A stretch of 55,371 nt of DNA, taken from the sequence record SRR20825019_389; one strand, written 5' to 3'. Position 1 is the first letter of the stretch; each line of letters starts with the position of its first letter. This document shows, one piece after another, positions 27,605 to 37,575 of this stretch. The notes beneath the pieces are model-generated. The model was not told where the DNA came from. It ran no database searches and worked only from the letters and a program-made list of their open reading frames with translations. The position numbers and the translations under genes are program-made.

Positions 27605-30550
27605 TTAACCAACAATATTTACAATTTTTCCAGGTACGATTATCACCTTTTTTGGTGTTCTTCCCTCTAAATACTGGGCTGTTTTCTCGTGTGCCATTAC
27701 GGCAGATTCTATTTGATCTTTAGTTAAATCTAGTGGTAACTCTAATGTAAATCGCATTTTTCCATTAAAAGAGATCGGGTATTCCTTATTCGCTTCCACC
27801 AAATACGTTTCTTCAAAAGTTGGAAAAGGTGCTGTTGAAATACTTTCAGAATGTCCTAATTTCTCCCAAAGCTCTTCTGCAATATGTGGTGCATACGGTG
27901 AAATAAGAACCGCCAAAGGTTCCAAAACTTCACGTGAGTTGCATTTTTGAGACAAAAGTTCATTTACAGCAATCATAAAGGAAGAAACTGAGGTGTTAAA
28001 ACTGAAATTCTCTATGTCTTCTTGTACTTTTTTAATGGTTTTATGAAGCGTCTTTAAACTGTCTTTTGAAGCAGCTTCATCGGCAACATAAAAACTTTCG
28101 TTTTCACCAGAATGGTATAATTTCCAAAGTTTTTTTAGGAAACCGTGCACGCCAGTAATTCCAGCAGTGTTCCAGGGTTTTGCTTGTTCTAATGGGCCGA
28201 GAAACATTTCGTACATACGCAAGGTATCAGCGCCATACTGCTCACAAATATCGTCGGGGTTTACCACATTGTATTTGCTTTTAGACATTTTTTCTACTTC
28301 GCGAGAAACTTTAAATGTTCCGTCTTCTTCAGTTATAAACTCTGCATTTTTATATTCTTCACGCCAGTTTTTGAAGGCTTCAACGTCTAGCTCATTGCTA
28401 ATACTTACAAATGAAATATCTGCATGAATTCTTGAAGTTGCTATTGTAAATTTTTTATATACTTCATCTTTGTTATACTTAATATGTAAGTCTTCCAAAA
28501 CTCTATGAAGTTTTTCTAAATCTTCATATTTTTTTTCCTGATTATTCGAAATAAATATTGGTGGCAGGCCATAAGTTCCAATAATTTTTGTTACAAACGC
28601 ACTCTCCCCCAAAATCATCCCTTGGTTTATCAGCTTTTTAAAAGGCTCTTCTACAGGCACCAAGCCACGATCGTGCATAAACTTCACCCAAAAACGGCTG
28701 TACAGTAAATGACCGGTGGCGTGTTCGCTTCCGCCAATATATAAATCCACGTTCTGCCAATAATCCAATGCTTCTTTTGAAGCAAAAACCTCGTCGCGCT
28801 TTGCAGCTTCCATATAGCGGAAAAAGTACCAACTGCTTCCCGCCCAACCCGGCATCGTATTCAATTCCAAAGGATATATCCCGTTATCATCGCCTTCGAC
28901 TGCGCTCAGGGTGACATTTTCGTTAGAAACCACTTTTTTATTTTTTTCATCCCAACTCCAATTGTCGGCACGACCCAAAGGCGGTTCGCCTTCTTCCGTT
29001 GGTAAATATTTTTCCACTTCGGGAAGATGCAACGGCAAACATTCCGTTGGTATTGTTTGTGGCATTCCGTCTTTGTAATAAATTGGGAATGGTTCACCCC
29101 AATAACGCTGACGGCTAAAAACAGCATCGCGCAAACGGTAATTTATTTTGCCTTCACCAATGCCTTTTGTTTCCATAGCTGCGATTATTTTTTCGGTAGC
29201 TTCGGAATAGCTTAAATCATTTAAAAAATCGCTATTGGTAATGATTGTGTTGTCTTTATCTGAATATGCTTCTTTAGAAATATCCGCATCCTTAAATATA
29301 TTCGGAATTGGGATTTTGAAATGTTTTGCGAAATCATAATCACGCTGATCGCCACAAGGAACGCTCATTACAGCGCCTGTTCCGTAGCCAGCCAAAACGT
29401 AATCGCCAATCCAAACAGGAATTGAATCTCCTGTAAAAGGGTGCTCGGCATACGCGCCAGTAAATACGCCAGTAATGGTTTTTACATCTGCCATACGTTC
29501 ACGTTCACTTCGTTTTGCAGTGGCTTCAATATAATTTTCTACAGCTTCTTTTTGTTCTAAAGTGGTAATTTTTGAAACCAAATCGTGTTCTGGTGCCAAA
29601 ACCATAAAACTAACTCCAAAAATGGTATCGGGTCTTGTCGTGAACACGTCAATTTTGGCGTCGTGCTCCTTAACATTAAAACTTACACTTGCTCCTTTAC
29701 TTCTACCAATCCAATTGGTTTGTGAATCTTTAAGCGGTTGCGGCCAATCAATTTTATCAAGCCCGTCAAGCAAACGTTGGGCGTAAGCGGAAATTCGCAT
29801 ACTCCATTGTTTCATTTTTTTTCGGATTACAGGATAGCCACCACGTTCAGAAACACCGTTCACAATTTCGTCATTTGCCAAAACGGTACCAAGTTGTGGA
29901 CACCAGTTTACTTCAGTTTCAGCCAAATAAGTAAGACGATATTTTAAAAGAATCTCTTGTTTTTTAACTTCAGAAAAACCCAACCATTCTGAAGCAGTAA
30001 AGTGTTCAATTTCATCATCACAAACTGCGTTAATTTTTACGTTTCCTTCGGAAGAAAATATAACTTGAAGCTCTTCAATAGCACGTGCTTTATCTAAATC
30101 TTTATCGTACCAGCTTTCAAAAAGTTGAAGAAAAATCCATTGCGTCCATTTGTAATAATCAGAATTACTGGTGCGCACTTCACGGCTCCAATCGAATGAA
30201 AAGCCTATTTTATCAAGTTGTTCGCGGTAACGCGCAATATTTACTTCGGTAGTTTTTGCAGGATGCTGCCCTGTTTGTATTGCGTATTGTTCGGCTGGAA
30301 GCCCAAACGAATCATATCCTTGGGGATGCAAAACATTAAACCCTTGATGGCGTTTATAACGCGCATAAATATCGCTGGCAATGTACCCAAGTGGGTGACC
30401 AACGTGCAAGCCTGCGCCAGATGGATAGGGAAACATATCCAAAACATAATATTTTGGTTTTTCGCTATTATTTTCTGCCTTAAAAGTTTTTTTTTCGCGC
30501 CAGATTTTCTGCCACTTATCTTCTATATCGTTAAAATGATATTTGCTCAT
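27605..30550 (-). CDS. leuS: Leucine--tRNA ligase
   Basis: MFPYPSGAGLHVGH, TTRPDT editing domain, SRQRYWG, KMSKS. Confidence 0.98.
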   Translation of the reverse strand: MSKYHFNDIEDKWQKIWREKKTFKAENNSEKPKYYVLDMFPYPSGAGLHVGHPLGYIASDIYARYKRHQGFNVLHPQGYDSFGLPAEQYAIQTGQHPAKTTEVNIARYREQLDKIGFSFDWSREVRTSNSDYYKWTQWIFLQLFESWYDKDLDKARAIEELQVIFSSEGNVKINAVCDDEIEHFTASEWLGFSEVKKQEILLKYRLTYLAETEVNWCPQLGTVLANDEIVNGVSERGGYPVIRKKMKQWSMRISAYAQRLLDGLDKIDWPQPLKDSQTNWIGRSKGASVSFNVKEHDAKIDVFTTRPDTIFGVSFMVLAPEHDLVSKITTLEQKEAVENYIEATAKRSERERMADVKTITGVFTGAYAEHPFTGDSIPVWIGDYVLAGYGTGAVMSVPCGDQRDYDFAKHFKIPIPNIFKDADISKEAYSDKDNTIITNSDFLNDLSYSEATEKIIAAMETKGIGEGKINYRLRDAVFSRQRYWGEPFPIYYKDGMPQTIPTECLPLHLPEVEKYLPTEEGEPPLGRADNWSWDEKNKKVVSNENVTLSAVEGDDNGIYPLELNTMPGWAGSSWYFFRYMEAAKRDEVFASKEALDYWQNVDLYIGGSEHATGHLLYSRFWVKFMHDRGLVPVEEPFKKLINQGMILGESAFVTKIIGTYGLPPIFISNNQEKKYEDLEKLHRVLEDLHIKYNKDEVYKKFTIATSRIHADISFVSISNELDVEAFKNWREEYKNAEFITEEDGTFKVSREVEKMSKSKYNVVNPDDICEQYGADTLRMYEMFLGPLEQAKPWNTAGITGVHGFLKKLWKLYHSGENESFYVADEAASKDSLKTLHKTIKKVQEDIENFSFNTSVSSFMIAVNELLSQKCNSREVLEPLAVLISPYAPHIAEELWEKLGHSESISTAPFPTFEETYLVEANKEYPISFNGKMRFTLELPLDLTKDQIESAVMAHEKTAQYLEGRTPKKVIIVPGKIVNIVG
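28893..28916. repeat. REP-like repeat (CCTTCGACTGCGCTCAGGGTGACA) in frame within leuS
   Basis: Resembles the GTCACCCTGAGCGCAGTCGAAGG repeat family I recognise from Flavobacteriia intergenic DNA; encodes VTLSAVEG here. Confidence 0.7.
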
Positions 30551-30635
30551 CCTCTTTACTTTCTTTTCAAAATTATGCCCTACGGGGAAACAGCCGCAAA
30601 TTTAAGGTTTATTAGAAGAAGTAAAACCCTATAAT

Positions 30636-31514
30636 TTAAAAATTTGGATGTAAAAGATTTCCAGAATAAAGCACCCAAATCATGGAAAGAATAGCTGCGA
30701 TATTAATTGCAAAACCAAAAAACTTCATTTGCTTGATTGTATAAGGTTTATTCTTAAAAAATATAAATACATCTAAAATTAACCATAGCGCAAACAATGC
30801 TAAGAAGGTTGAAAGCACCCAATCATTAAACCAAAATTTTAAAATATATGCTTCAAATGCCAAAAGAGAAATCATTAAAAATTTTGATTTTTTTCTTCCT
30901 ATTAGTACTGCAGTTGTTTTCTTTTTCGCCAACATATCTGGCTCAATATCCATAATTTCTCCAGCAATATGTGCTTGAAAAGCGAACAGAGTCAAGTAAA
31001 ATAAAGTTTGCCAAGAAAGCATTTCTAAATTATTGAGGTGAATGCTAAACAGGGCTGTAAATACATATCCTACTTGAATAAAAATTTCGAATGGCGGTCG
31101 TTCTTTAATTCGGAAAGGTTTATAATTGTAGATAATATTTACAACAACCATAAACAACAATAAAATAAAAAGCTGAGTACCCCCTATATATGAAAAATAA
31201 CACAAAAAGGGTGCTATGACAATAAATACGTACCGAGGAACACTTGCCAATTCTTTTTTATTCAATTTAGCACCAAACAAATAGTTTCCTTTTCTTGGGT
31301 TTAAAGAATCTGCTTTGCCATCTGTAAAATCATTGAGGCCGTATACCAAAAAATTTAGTGGAAAAGTAACGAAGAATAAACCAACCCAGAAGAGCGGTTT
31401 CTCCCAAAAATTTGAAGAAAGATTAAACGGAACAAGATAGATCCAAACTGTTGAAAACCAAAGTCCAGGCCTTGATATTTTTAATAATTTGAGTAGTGCA
31501 GGTATTATTATCAA
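30636..31514 (-). CDS. UbiA-family prenyltransferase (CrtEb/LyeJ-like)
   Basis: SRP N-terminus, NDFTDGKADSLNPRK Asp-rich motif 1, YNYKPFRIKERP, DIEPD motif 2; TTG start. Confidence 0.8.
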   Translation of the reverse strand: MIIIPALLKLLKISRPGLWFSTVWIYLVPFNLSSNFWEKPLFWVGLFFVTFPLNFLVYGLNDFTDGKADSLNPRKGNYLFGAKLNKKELASVPRYVFIVIAPFLCYFSYIGGTQLFILLLFMVVVNIIYNYKPFRIKERPPFEIFIQVGYVFTALFSIHLNNLEMLSWQTLFYLTLFAFQAHIAGEIMDIEPDMLAKKKTTAVLIGRKKSKFLMISLLAFEAYILKFWFNDWVLSTFLALFALWLILDVFIFFKNKPYTIKQMKFFGFAINIAAILSMIWVLYSGNLLHPNF

Positions 31515-31628
31515 AAAAATTAAGAGACTTGAAGTTAAATGTTACTATAACAAAACCGAAACTTTCAGCGTTGTTTAACACAAGATACAAAATTACTTGT
31601 ATTTTTACAGCAAAATTTATAAAACTCT

Positions 31629-32507
31629 ATGAGTTCTTCATTTGAAAAATATCAAAAACGCAGGTTGATTTCCTCTTATTTTTCGGTGGTTATCAGTATT
31701 TCATTAGTATTATTTCTTTTGGGTTTATTAGGCTTACTTGTTTTGAATTCAAAAAAAGTAGCAGATTACTTTAAAGAACAAATTGCTATAACTGTTTTCT
31801 TAAAAGACACCGCAAAAGAAGTAGAAATAACACAACTTAAACAAAGTCTTGCTTTAGCAGAATACACAAAAAGTGCTGATTTTGTTTCAAAAGAAGATGC
31901 TGCAACAGAGCATCAAGAAACTTTAGGTGAAAATTTTATAGAATATTTAGGCGAAAACCCACTTCAAAATAGCTTAGATATTTACATTTTGGCAGATTAT
32001 GTTACGCCACAAAAAATGGAAGAAATTACAAACGAGCTAAAAAGTAAAGACTTTGTGGACGATGTAATTTACGACAAACCTTTAATTGCACAGCTTACCG
32101 AAAACGTAAAACGTATTAGTTTTTGGGTTTTGGTAATTAGTGGAATCTTTACTTTTATTGCTGTATTGCTTATTAACAGTAGTATTCGTCTTTCAATCTA
32201 CGCAAAGAGGTTTACCATAAAAACCATGCAAATGGTGGGAGCAACCAAAAAATTTATCCGAAAACCTTTTGTTTGGAAAAGTGTTCGTTTCGGAATTATT
32301 GGTGCTCTTGTAGCTATGATAGGAATGGGTTTAGTGCTCTATTACCTCAACCAAAGTTTTCCGCAATTACAATTGCTAAGCGACCCAATTTTGCTTTCTA
32401 TACTTTTTGCATTTATACTTTTAATGGGTATACTTATTACTTGGTTAAGCACCTTTATTGCTACACAACGATTTTTGAACCTTCGCACTGATGATTTATA
32501 TTATTAA
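31629..32507 (+). CDS. ftsX: Cell division permease-like protein FtsX
   Basis: GENPL, INSSIRLSIY, TMQMVGATKKFIRKPF. Confidence 0.92.
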   Translation: MSSSFEKYQKRRLISSYFSVVISISLVLFLLGLLGLLVLNSKKVADYFKEQIAITVFLKDTAKEVEITQLKQSLALAEYTKSADFVSKEDAATEHQETLGENFIEYLGENPLQNSLDIYILADYVTPQKMEEITNELKSKDFVDDVIYDKPLIAQLTENVKRISFWVLVISGIFTFIAVLLINSSIRLSIYAKRFTIKTMQMVGATKKFIRKPFVWKSVRFGIIGALVAMIGMGLVLYYLNQSFPQLQLLSDPILLSILFAFILLMGILITWLSTFIATQRFLNLRTDDLYY

Positions 32508-32563
32508 TTACGGTAGCCTAAAAGCCTAAAACTTGTAACTTTGAACCTGAAATCTTTTTAATA

Positions 32564-32827
32564 ATGGGAGAAAAAAAACGTAAAGAAGAAGTAAAAGCAG
32601 AATTTGTTTTTGAAAGAAAAAATTACAAATTCATGCTTATTGGCATTGCCTTTATCGCTTTTGGTTTTATATTGATGACGGGGGGCGGAAGTGATGACCC
32701 GAACGTGTTTAATCCTGCTATTTACAACTGGCAACGCATCCGTTTAGCTCCTGCATTGGTTCTTTTAGGGTTTGCAATTGAAGTATATGCCATTTTATTG
32801 AAACCAGATAGCAAAAAAGATAACTAG
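32564..32827 (+). CDS. DUF3098-family membrane protein
   Basis: NYKFMLIG...GGGSDDPNVFN...RIRLAP between ftsX and uppP. Confidence 0.85.
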   Translation: MGEKKRKEEVKAEFVFERKNYKFMLIGIAFIAFGFILMTGGGSDDPNVFNPAIYNWQRIRLAPALVLLGFAIEVYAILLKPDSKKDN

Positions 32828-33621
32828 TGGATTATTTAGACGCAATTATACTAGGTGTAATTCAAGGTTTTACCGAATTTTTACCTGTTTCATCTAGTGG
32901 TCATCTTGAAATAGGAAAAGTAATTTTAGGCGACACATCAGTACCTGAAGAAAGTTTACTTTTTACGGTAATCTTACATTTCGCTACCGCATTAAGTACT
33001 TTGGTAGTTTTCAGAAAAGACATCATTCAAATATTTAGTTCCATTTTTAAATTTCAATGGAATGAAGAAACACAATTTGCTTTAAAGATTATACTTTCAA
33101 TGATTCCAGCCGTAGTTGTTGGGCTGTTTTTTGAAGAAGAACTTGAATCCTTTTTTGGAGGTAGTATTGCCTTTGTTGGCGCTATGCTTATTGTTACCGC
33201 TTTATTGCTGTGGATGGCAGATCGCTCAAAAAACACAGGAAAACCAGTAACTTTAAAAGACTCCATCATTATCGGGATTGCTCAAGCTTTAGCAATGTTA
33301 CCAGGAATTTCTAGGAGTGGCGCCACAATATCTACAAGTGTATTGTTAGGAAACGACAAAACCAAAGCAGCACGATTTTCCTTTTTAATGGTAGTTCCGC
33401 TAATATTTGGAAAAATAGCAAAAGACCTTTTGAGTGGCGATATTTCGATGCACAACACCCACATTGGAGTTATGGGAGTAGGCTTTATTGCTGCTTTTAT
33501 CTGTGGACTTATTGCTTGTACTTGGATGATTTCATTAGTCAAAAAAAGCAAGTTACGCTACTTTTCAATCTATTGTGTTGTTATAGGTGTTGCTGCAATA
33601 ATTACAAGTTTTTATATTTAA
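32827..33621 (+). CDS. uppP: Undecaprenyl-diphosphatase
   Basis: QGFTEFLPVSSSGH, PGISRSGAT, AARFSF. Confidence 0.95.
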   Translation: MDYLDAIILGVIQGFTEFLPVSSSGHLEIGKVILGDTSVPEESLLFTVILHFATALSTLVVFRKDIIQIFSSIFKFQWNEETQFALKIILSMIPAVVVGLFFEEELESFFGGSIAFVGAMLIVTALLLWMADRSKNTGKPVTLKDSIIIGIAQALAMLPGISRSGATISTSVLLGNDKTKAARFSFLMVVPLIFGKIAKDLLSGDISMHNTHIGVMGVGFIAAFICGLIACTWMISLVKKSKLRYFSIYCVVIGVAAIITSFYI

Positions 33622-34310
33622 TGACTGCTGAAGATTACAAAGAAGGTCAAGTAATTTTGATAGACAAACCGCTAGAATGGACCTCCTTCCAGGCAGTTAA
33701 TAAAGTGCGGTGGCTTATTCGAAAATCGTTTGGAATAAAAAAAATTAAAGTTGGTCATGCTGGCACACTCGATCCGTTAGCAACAGGGCTTTTAATAATC
33801 TGCACGGGGAAATTCACAAAAAAAATAGACACGTTTCAGGCACAGGAAAAAGAATATACGGGAACATTCACTTTGGGAGCAACCACACCAAGTTATGATT
33901 TGGAAACTGAAATTGACAATACTTTTGATATTTCAGAAATTACTTCAGAAAAAATCCATGAAGCTACCAAGCAATTTTTGGGTGAAATACAACAACAACC
34001 ACCTATTTTTTCAGCTTTAAAAAAAGAAGGAAAACGTTTGTATGAATTTGCCCGCAATGGGGAAGAAGTTGAAATTCCATTTAGAACTATTTCTATTTCA
34101 GAATTTGAAATAACAAATATTGAGTTGCCAAAAATAGATTTTCGTGTTGTTTGTAGCAAAGGAACCTACATACGTTCATTAGCACAAGATTTTGGAAAGG
34201 CATTAAATAATGGCGCACATCTTTCTGCACTTCGTAGAACTAAAATTGGAACTTTTTCTGTTATAAACGGAACTGGAATTGAAGAATTTGAAGCTTCTTT
34301 GCCAAGTTAA
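33621..34310 (+). CDS. truB: tRNA pseudouridine(55) synthase
   Basis: KVGHAGTLDPLATG, CSKGTYIRSL; start at ATG overlapping the uppP stop. Confidence 0.96.
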   Translation: MTAEDYKEGQVILIDKPLEWTSFQAVNKVRWLIRKSFGIKKIKVGHAGTLDPLATGLLIICTGKFTKKIDTFQAQEKEYTGTFTLGATTPSYDLETEIDNTFDISEITSEKIHEATKQFLGEIQQQPPIFSALKKEGKRLYEFARNGEEVEIPFRTISISEFEITNIELPKIDFRVVCSKGTYIRSLAQDFGKALNNGAHLSALRRTKIGTFSVINGTGIEEFEASLPS

Positions 34311-34382
34311 AATATCGCCAATATCGCTTAATTTTTAAGTGTTTATGTGGATTTTTGCTCAAAAATTCAGTAATTGCAACAA

Positions 34383-35105
34383 ATGAATCTTAATTATTCA
34401 TATAAGGCTTTTCTTATAACTTCTCTGCTTACCGGTGGTTTGGTGCTATTTCTATTTAGTGTCTCGCTTTCTAAAATACAAGAAGAAAACAATGAAGAAA
34501 CCTATGATGTGGTTATGGCTCCTGAAGAAATAATCCCTGAAGACCTTGCTATTGCTGAACTTACTCCGGAAAAAGTAAAAATAGAAACTAACCGCGCATA
34601 TAACGAAGCTGAAAAATTTATTTCTTCCATAGAAAATGAAAACCAAGAACTAACCGAAACCACAGAAGGCAAGCTTCAACAAATGAGTGATGCTATTGAA
34701 GAATCTAGCAATAGTGTGGGCAAGGGAATGTCTTTTACTGAAAAACCAAAAAAAGAAAAAAAGACTAAATTTTCTAATAGTGAAAGTGGTAAAAAAAACG
34801 ACGCAGTTGTAAAAAGCGGAAATAGAAATACTACAATTAGCTACCAACTTGTAAAAAGAACCGCTATGGATTTGCCTAACCCCGTGTATACATGCTACGG
34901 TTCGGGCAAAGTTGTTATAAATATTGAAGTGAATAATCTGGGAAAGGTTGTGAAAAATTCATACAACAAAACCGCATCTACCACTGGGAATAGCTGTTTG
35001 ATAGATGCTGCATTGGACTATTCTAAACAAGCGCGCTTTAATACAGATGCTTCCAAAACAAGTCAGCTAGGAACCATTACCTTTAATTTTCCAGGGCAAC
35101 AGTAA
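34383..35105 (+). CDS. TonB-like energy transducer family protein
   Basis: N-terminal TM, acidic linker, C-terminal PVYTC..GKVVINIEV..G.V...GTITFNF. Confidence 0.6.
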   Translation: MNLNYSYKAFLITSLLTGGLVLFLFSVSLSKIQEENNEETYDVVMAPEEIIPEDLAIAELTPEKVKIETNRAYNEAEKFISSIENENQELTETTEGKLQQMSDAIEESSNSVGKGMSFTEKPKKEKKTKFSNSESGKKNDAVVKSGNRNTTISYQLVKRTAMDLPNPVYTCYGSGKVVINIEVNNLGKVVKNSYNKTASTTGNSCLIDAALDYSKQARFNTDASKTSQLGTITFNFPGQQ

Positions 35106-35153
35106 AGGAAGTATTTAGTTGCATCAGGCAGTTTTTAAATTAAATATAAGACT

Positions 35154-35723
35154 ATGAATTCAGAAAAAAAACGTTGTGGTTGGAGCGGAATGGACCCTCT
35201 TTATGTAAAATACCACGATGAAGAATGGGGCACTCCTGTAAAAGATGACGAAACACTTTTTGAATTTTTAGTATTAGAAACCTTTCAAGCAGGATTGAGT
35301 TGGATTACAATTCTTCGGAAGCGTGAAAATTTTAGGGACGCATTTGATGGTTTCGATTACAAAAAAATTGCTAAATACGACCAATCAAAAATTGATTCGT
35401 TACTTCAAAACGAAGGAATAATTCGTAACAAGCTAAAAGTGCATTCAGCTGTTTCAAATGCGCAAGCTTTTATGGTAATTCAAAAAGAATTTGGAACTTT
35501 TAGCAACTATATTTGGGATTTTGTTGACCATAAACCTATAAAAAACATTTTAAAATCACATAAAGATGGTCCAGCAACCACTCCATTAAGTGATGCTTTG
35601 AGCAAAGATTTAAAAAAACGTGGTTTTAAGTTTGTTGGCAGTACAGTTATGTATGCGTTTATGCAGGCCACAGGAATGGTTAATGACCATATAGACAGTT
35701 GCTTCCGTTATAATGAAGTTTAA
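35154..35723 (+). CDS. tag: DNA-3-methyladenine glycosylase I
   Basis: RCGW, YHDEEWG, QAGLSW, GFKFVG, GMVNDH..C. Confidence 0.95.
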   Translation: MNSEKKRCGWSGMDPLYVKYHDEEWGTPVKDDETLFEFLVLETFQAGLSWITILRKRENFRDAFDGFDYKKIAKYDQSKIDSLLQNEGIIRNKLKVHSAVSNAQAFMVIQKEFGTFSNYIWDFVDHKPIKNILKSHKDGPATTPLSDALSKDLKKRGFKFVGSTVMYAFMQATGMVNDHIDSCFRYNEV

Positions 35724-35738
35724 ATAATTCAGTTAAAA

Positions 35739-37487
35739 CTATAGCTTGATTACTTTTTTATGAATTTTTCCGAAGTTGCCTTCAAAAGTTACAAGTAAGG
35801 TTCCTTGCCAATTTTGATTAAGGTTTAATGTAATCTTTCCATTTCCGTTTTCAACTTTAGCTTCGTATAGTTTTTGCCCTAAAAGGTTATGAATTTTTAC
35901 ATTTATTGGTCCTGGAATAGCATTCATATTAAAAGAAACTTTCCCGGTTGTTGGATTCGGATATGCCGCTGAAATATTATTCTGCGCCCACTCGTCTACA
36001 GAAAGCAATTGTGCCTCAATGGTCCAAAATCCTTCTGGCGCAACGATTGGCCGGTTTAATTCTTTCCCAGAATTTGCTTTAGCCCATATGTAATATTCAA
36101 TATTTACAGGATGGCCTGGAATGGTTAAATCTGCTGCCCAATTATCGCCAGTTGCGGGAGCCATTGCAATTTCATTATAGGTACTAGTACCTTCTTCTCT
36201 CCAAAAAACTTTTGCTTGCGCCACTCCCGAAATATGTTTTATCATAGCTTCAATAGTAACGGTGCTGCCTGTGCTGGCATTATCAATGGGTTGATGCACA
36301 ATCCAAAGTGGTTCTGCAACCCCAATAGTATGAGTGATACAATGTATTGCTCCAGATAAATTAATAAGGTTTTCTCCAGGATTATCCACATCTATACCCA
36401 CCACATTATATCCTGGCAATAGTTCTTGGTATTTTGCCAATGCTGGCGCATCTACAGCGGCGCGGTAAGTTGGCACCATAATGGTTTTATTTACAAAAAC
36501 TGCATTACTGAATGTATTATAAGGCCCACCTGAATCTGGATAATTGCCGTTTGTACTTGGTGGTGAATCTATCCACTCAATAGTATATGGAGTTCCAAAA
36601 GGAGACTGAAAATTATCTAAAACGTATTGAATATTTTCTTCAATTTGTGGACCATCTGCAACTCCAGAAGGGTATTTACTAACCAAAATTGTTTCTTCAT
36701 CCAGTAATTTCATATGCATATCTATATGATGAATCTGATCATAAGGAAGTGTAGTCATCTTTATAAACCGATTAATACCCATGTATTCTTGCATTATTCC
36801 ATCTATTTGAGCTTCCGTTTTTACACTTACACCATACGGATTTCCAGAAGCATTTTCTTCTAAAATTAATTCAGATGCAAAGGCGTTTCCCATACCATCA
36901 CTCATATAATTTCCACCGGTATTTACTAAATCATTCGTGCCAGAATTAGTTGTATACAAAGTAATTCCTGCTTCATTAGCATGTGCAATTGGCATGACAT
37001 CGTCATTAGGACGTGGACGATTGTAAATCCAATCAGTTAATGCGAGCTCTCCAACATCGTCAGAATAAATAGTATTTCCGGCGTAATCACGAATCCAAAT
37101 ACTATCCCAAGGGACGTTAATAAATGACACATTTGTTAAATCTACCCCATTTGTAGTTAGATAGTTTGCAACAGAAGCTTCATTTTGAGTGGTAATTATC
37201 ACCTTGCATTCCTGAACTCCAGCCTGAACAATTTGCCTAAGAATATTTGGATATGAAGGCATCCATGTTACCAATAAATATTCTACCTCTTCCCATTCTG
37301 CTGCGGCCCTAACAGGTCCTGAAGGTGGCAAAGTAAGTTGCGGACTTTTAAATTGAAAATCCGAAATTAGTGCCTTCTCTGTTTCAGTTAAGGTATGCGG
37401 AAGAACTTTTTTCTCCTGTGAAATAGCAAATGTTGCTTGCAATACCATCAGTAAAACCAATAGGTATTTTGGGTAGTTATTTTTCAT
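35739..37487 (-). CDS. Secreted agmatine/peptidylarginine deiminase-family protein with T9SS C-terminal domain
   Basis: Signal peptide, AEWE, WIRD, GGN, HIDM, GAIHCIT; C-terminal AYPNP...IHNLLGQ...KKVIKL. Confidence 0.88.
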   Translation of the reverse strand: MKNNYPKYLLVLLMVLQATFAISQEKKVLPHTLTETEKALISDFQFKSPQLTLPPSGPVRAAAEWEEVEYLLVTWMPSYPNILRQIVQAGVQECKVIITTQNEASVANYLTTNGVDLTNVSFINVPWDSIWIRDYAGNTIYSDDVGELALTDWIYNRPRPNDDVMPIAHANEAGITLYTTNSGTNDLVNTGGNYMSDGMGNAFASELILEENASGNPYGVSVKTEAQIDGIMQEYMGINRFIKMTTLPYDQIHHIDMHMKLLDEETILVSKYPSGVADGPQIEENIQYVLDNFQSPFGTPYTIEWIDSPPSTNGNYPDSGGPYNTFSNAVFVNKTIMVPTYRAAVDAPALAKYQELLPGYNVVGIDVDNPGENLINLSGAIHCITHTIGVAEPLWIVHQPIDNASTGSTVTIEAMIKHISGVAQAKVFWREEGTSTYNEIAMAPATGDNWAADLTIPGHPVNIEYYIWAKANSGKELNRPIVAPEGFWTIEAQLLSVDEWAQNNISAAYPNPTTGKVSFNMNAIPGPINVKIHNLLGQKLYEAKVENGNGKITLNLNQNWQGTLLVTFEGNFGKIHKKVIKL

Positions 37488-37575
37488 TGTATTAGTAAAT
37501 AGTGGATTACGAAGATAAGGTTTTAAATTATTTTAAAATTAAAAAACTGTTATCTATAAAAGGTTCACGTTTTAT

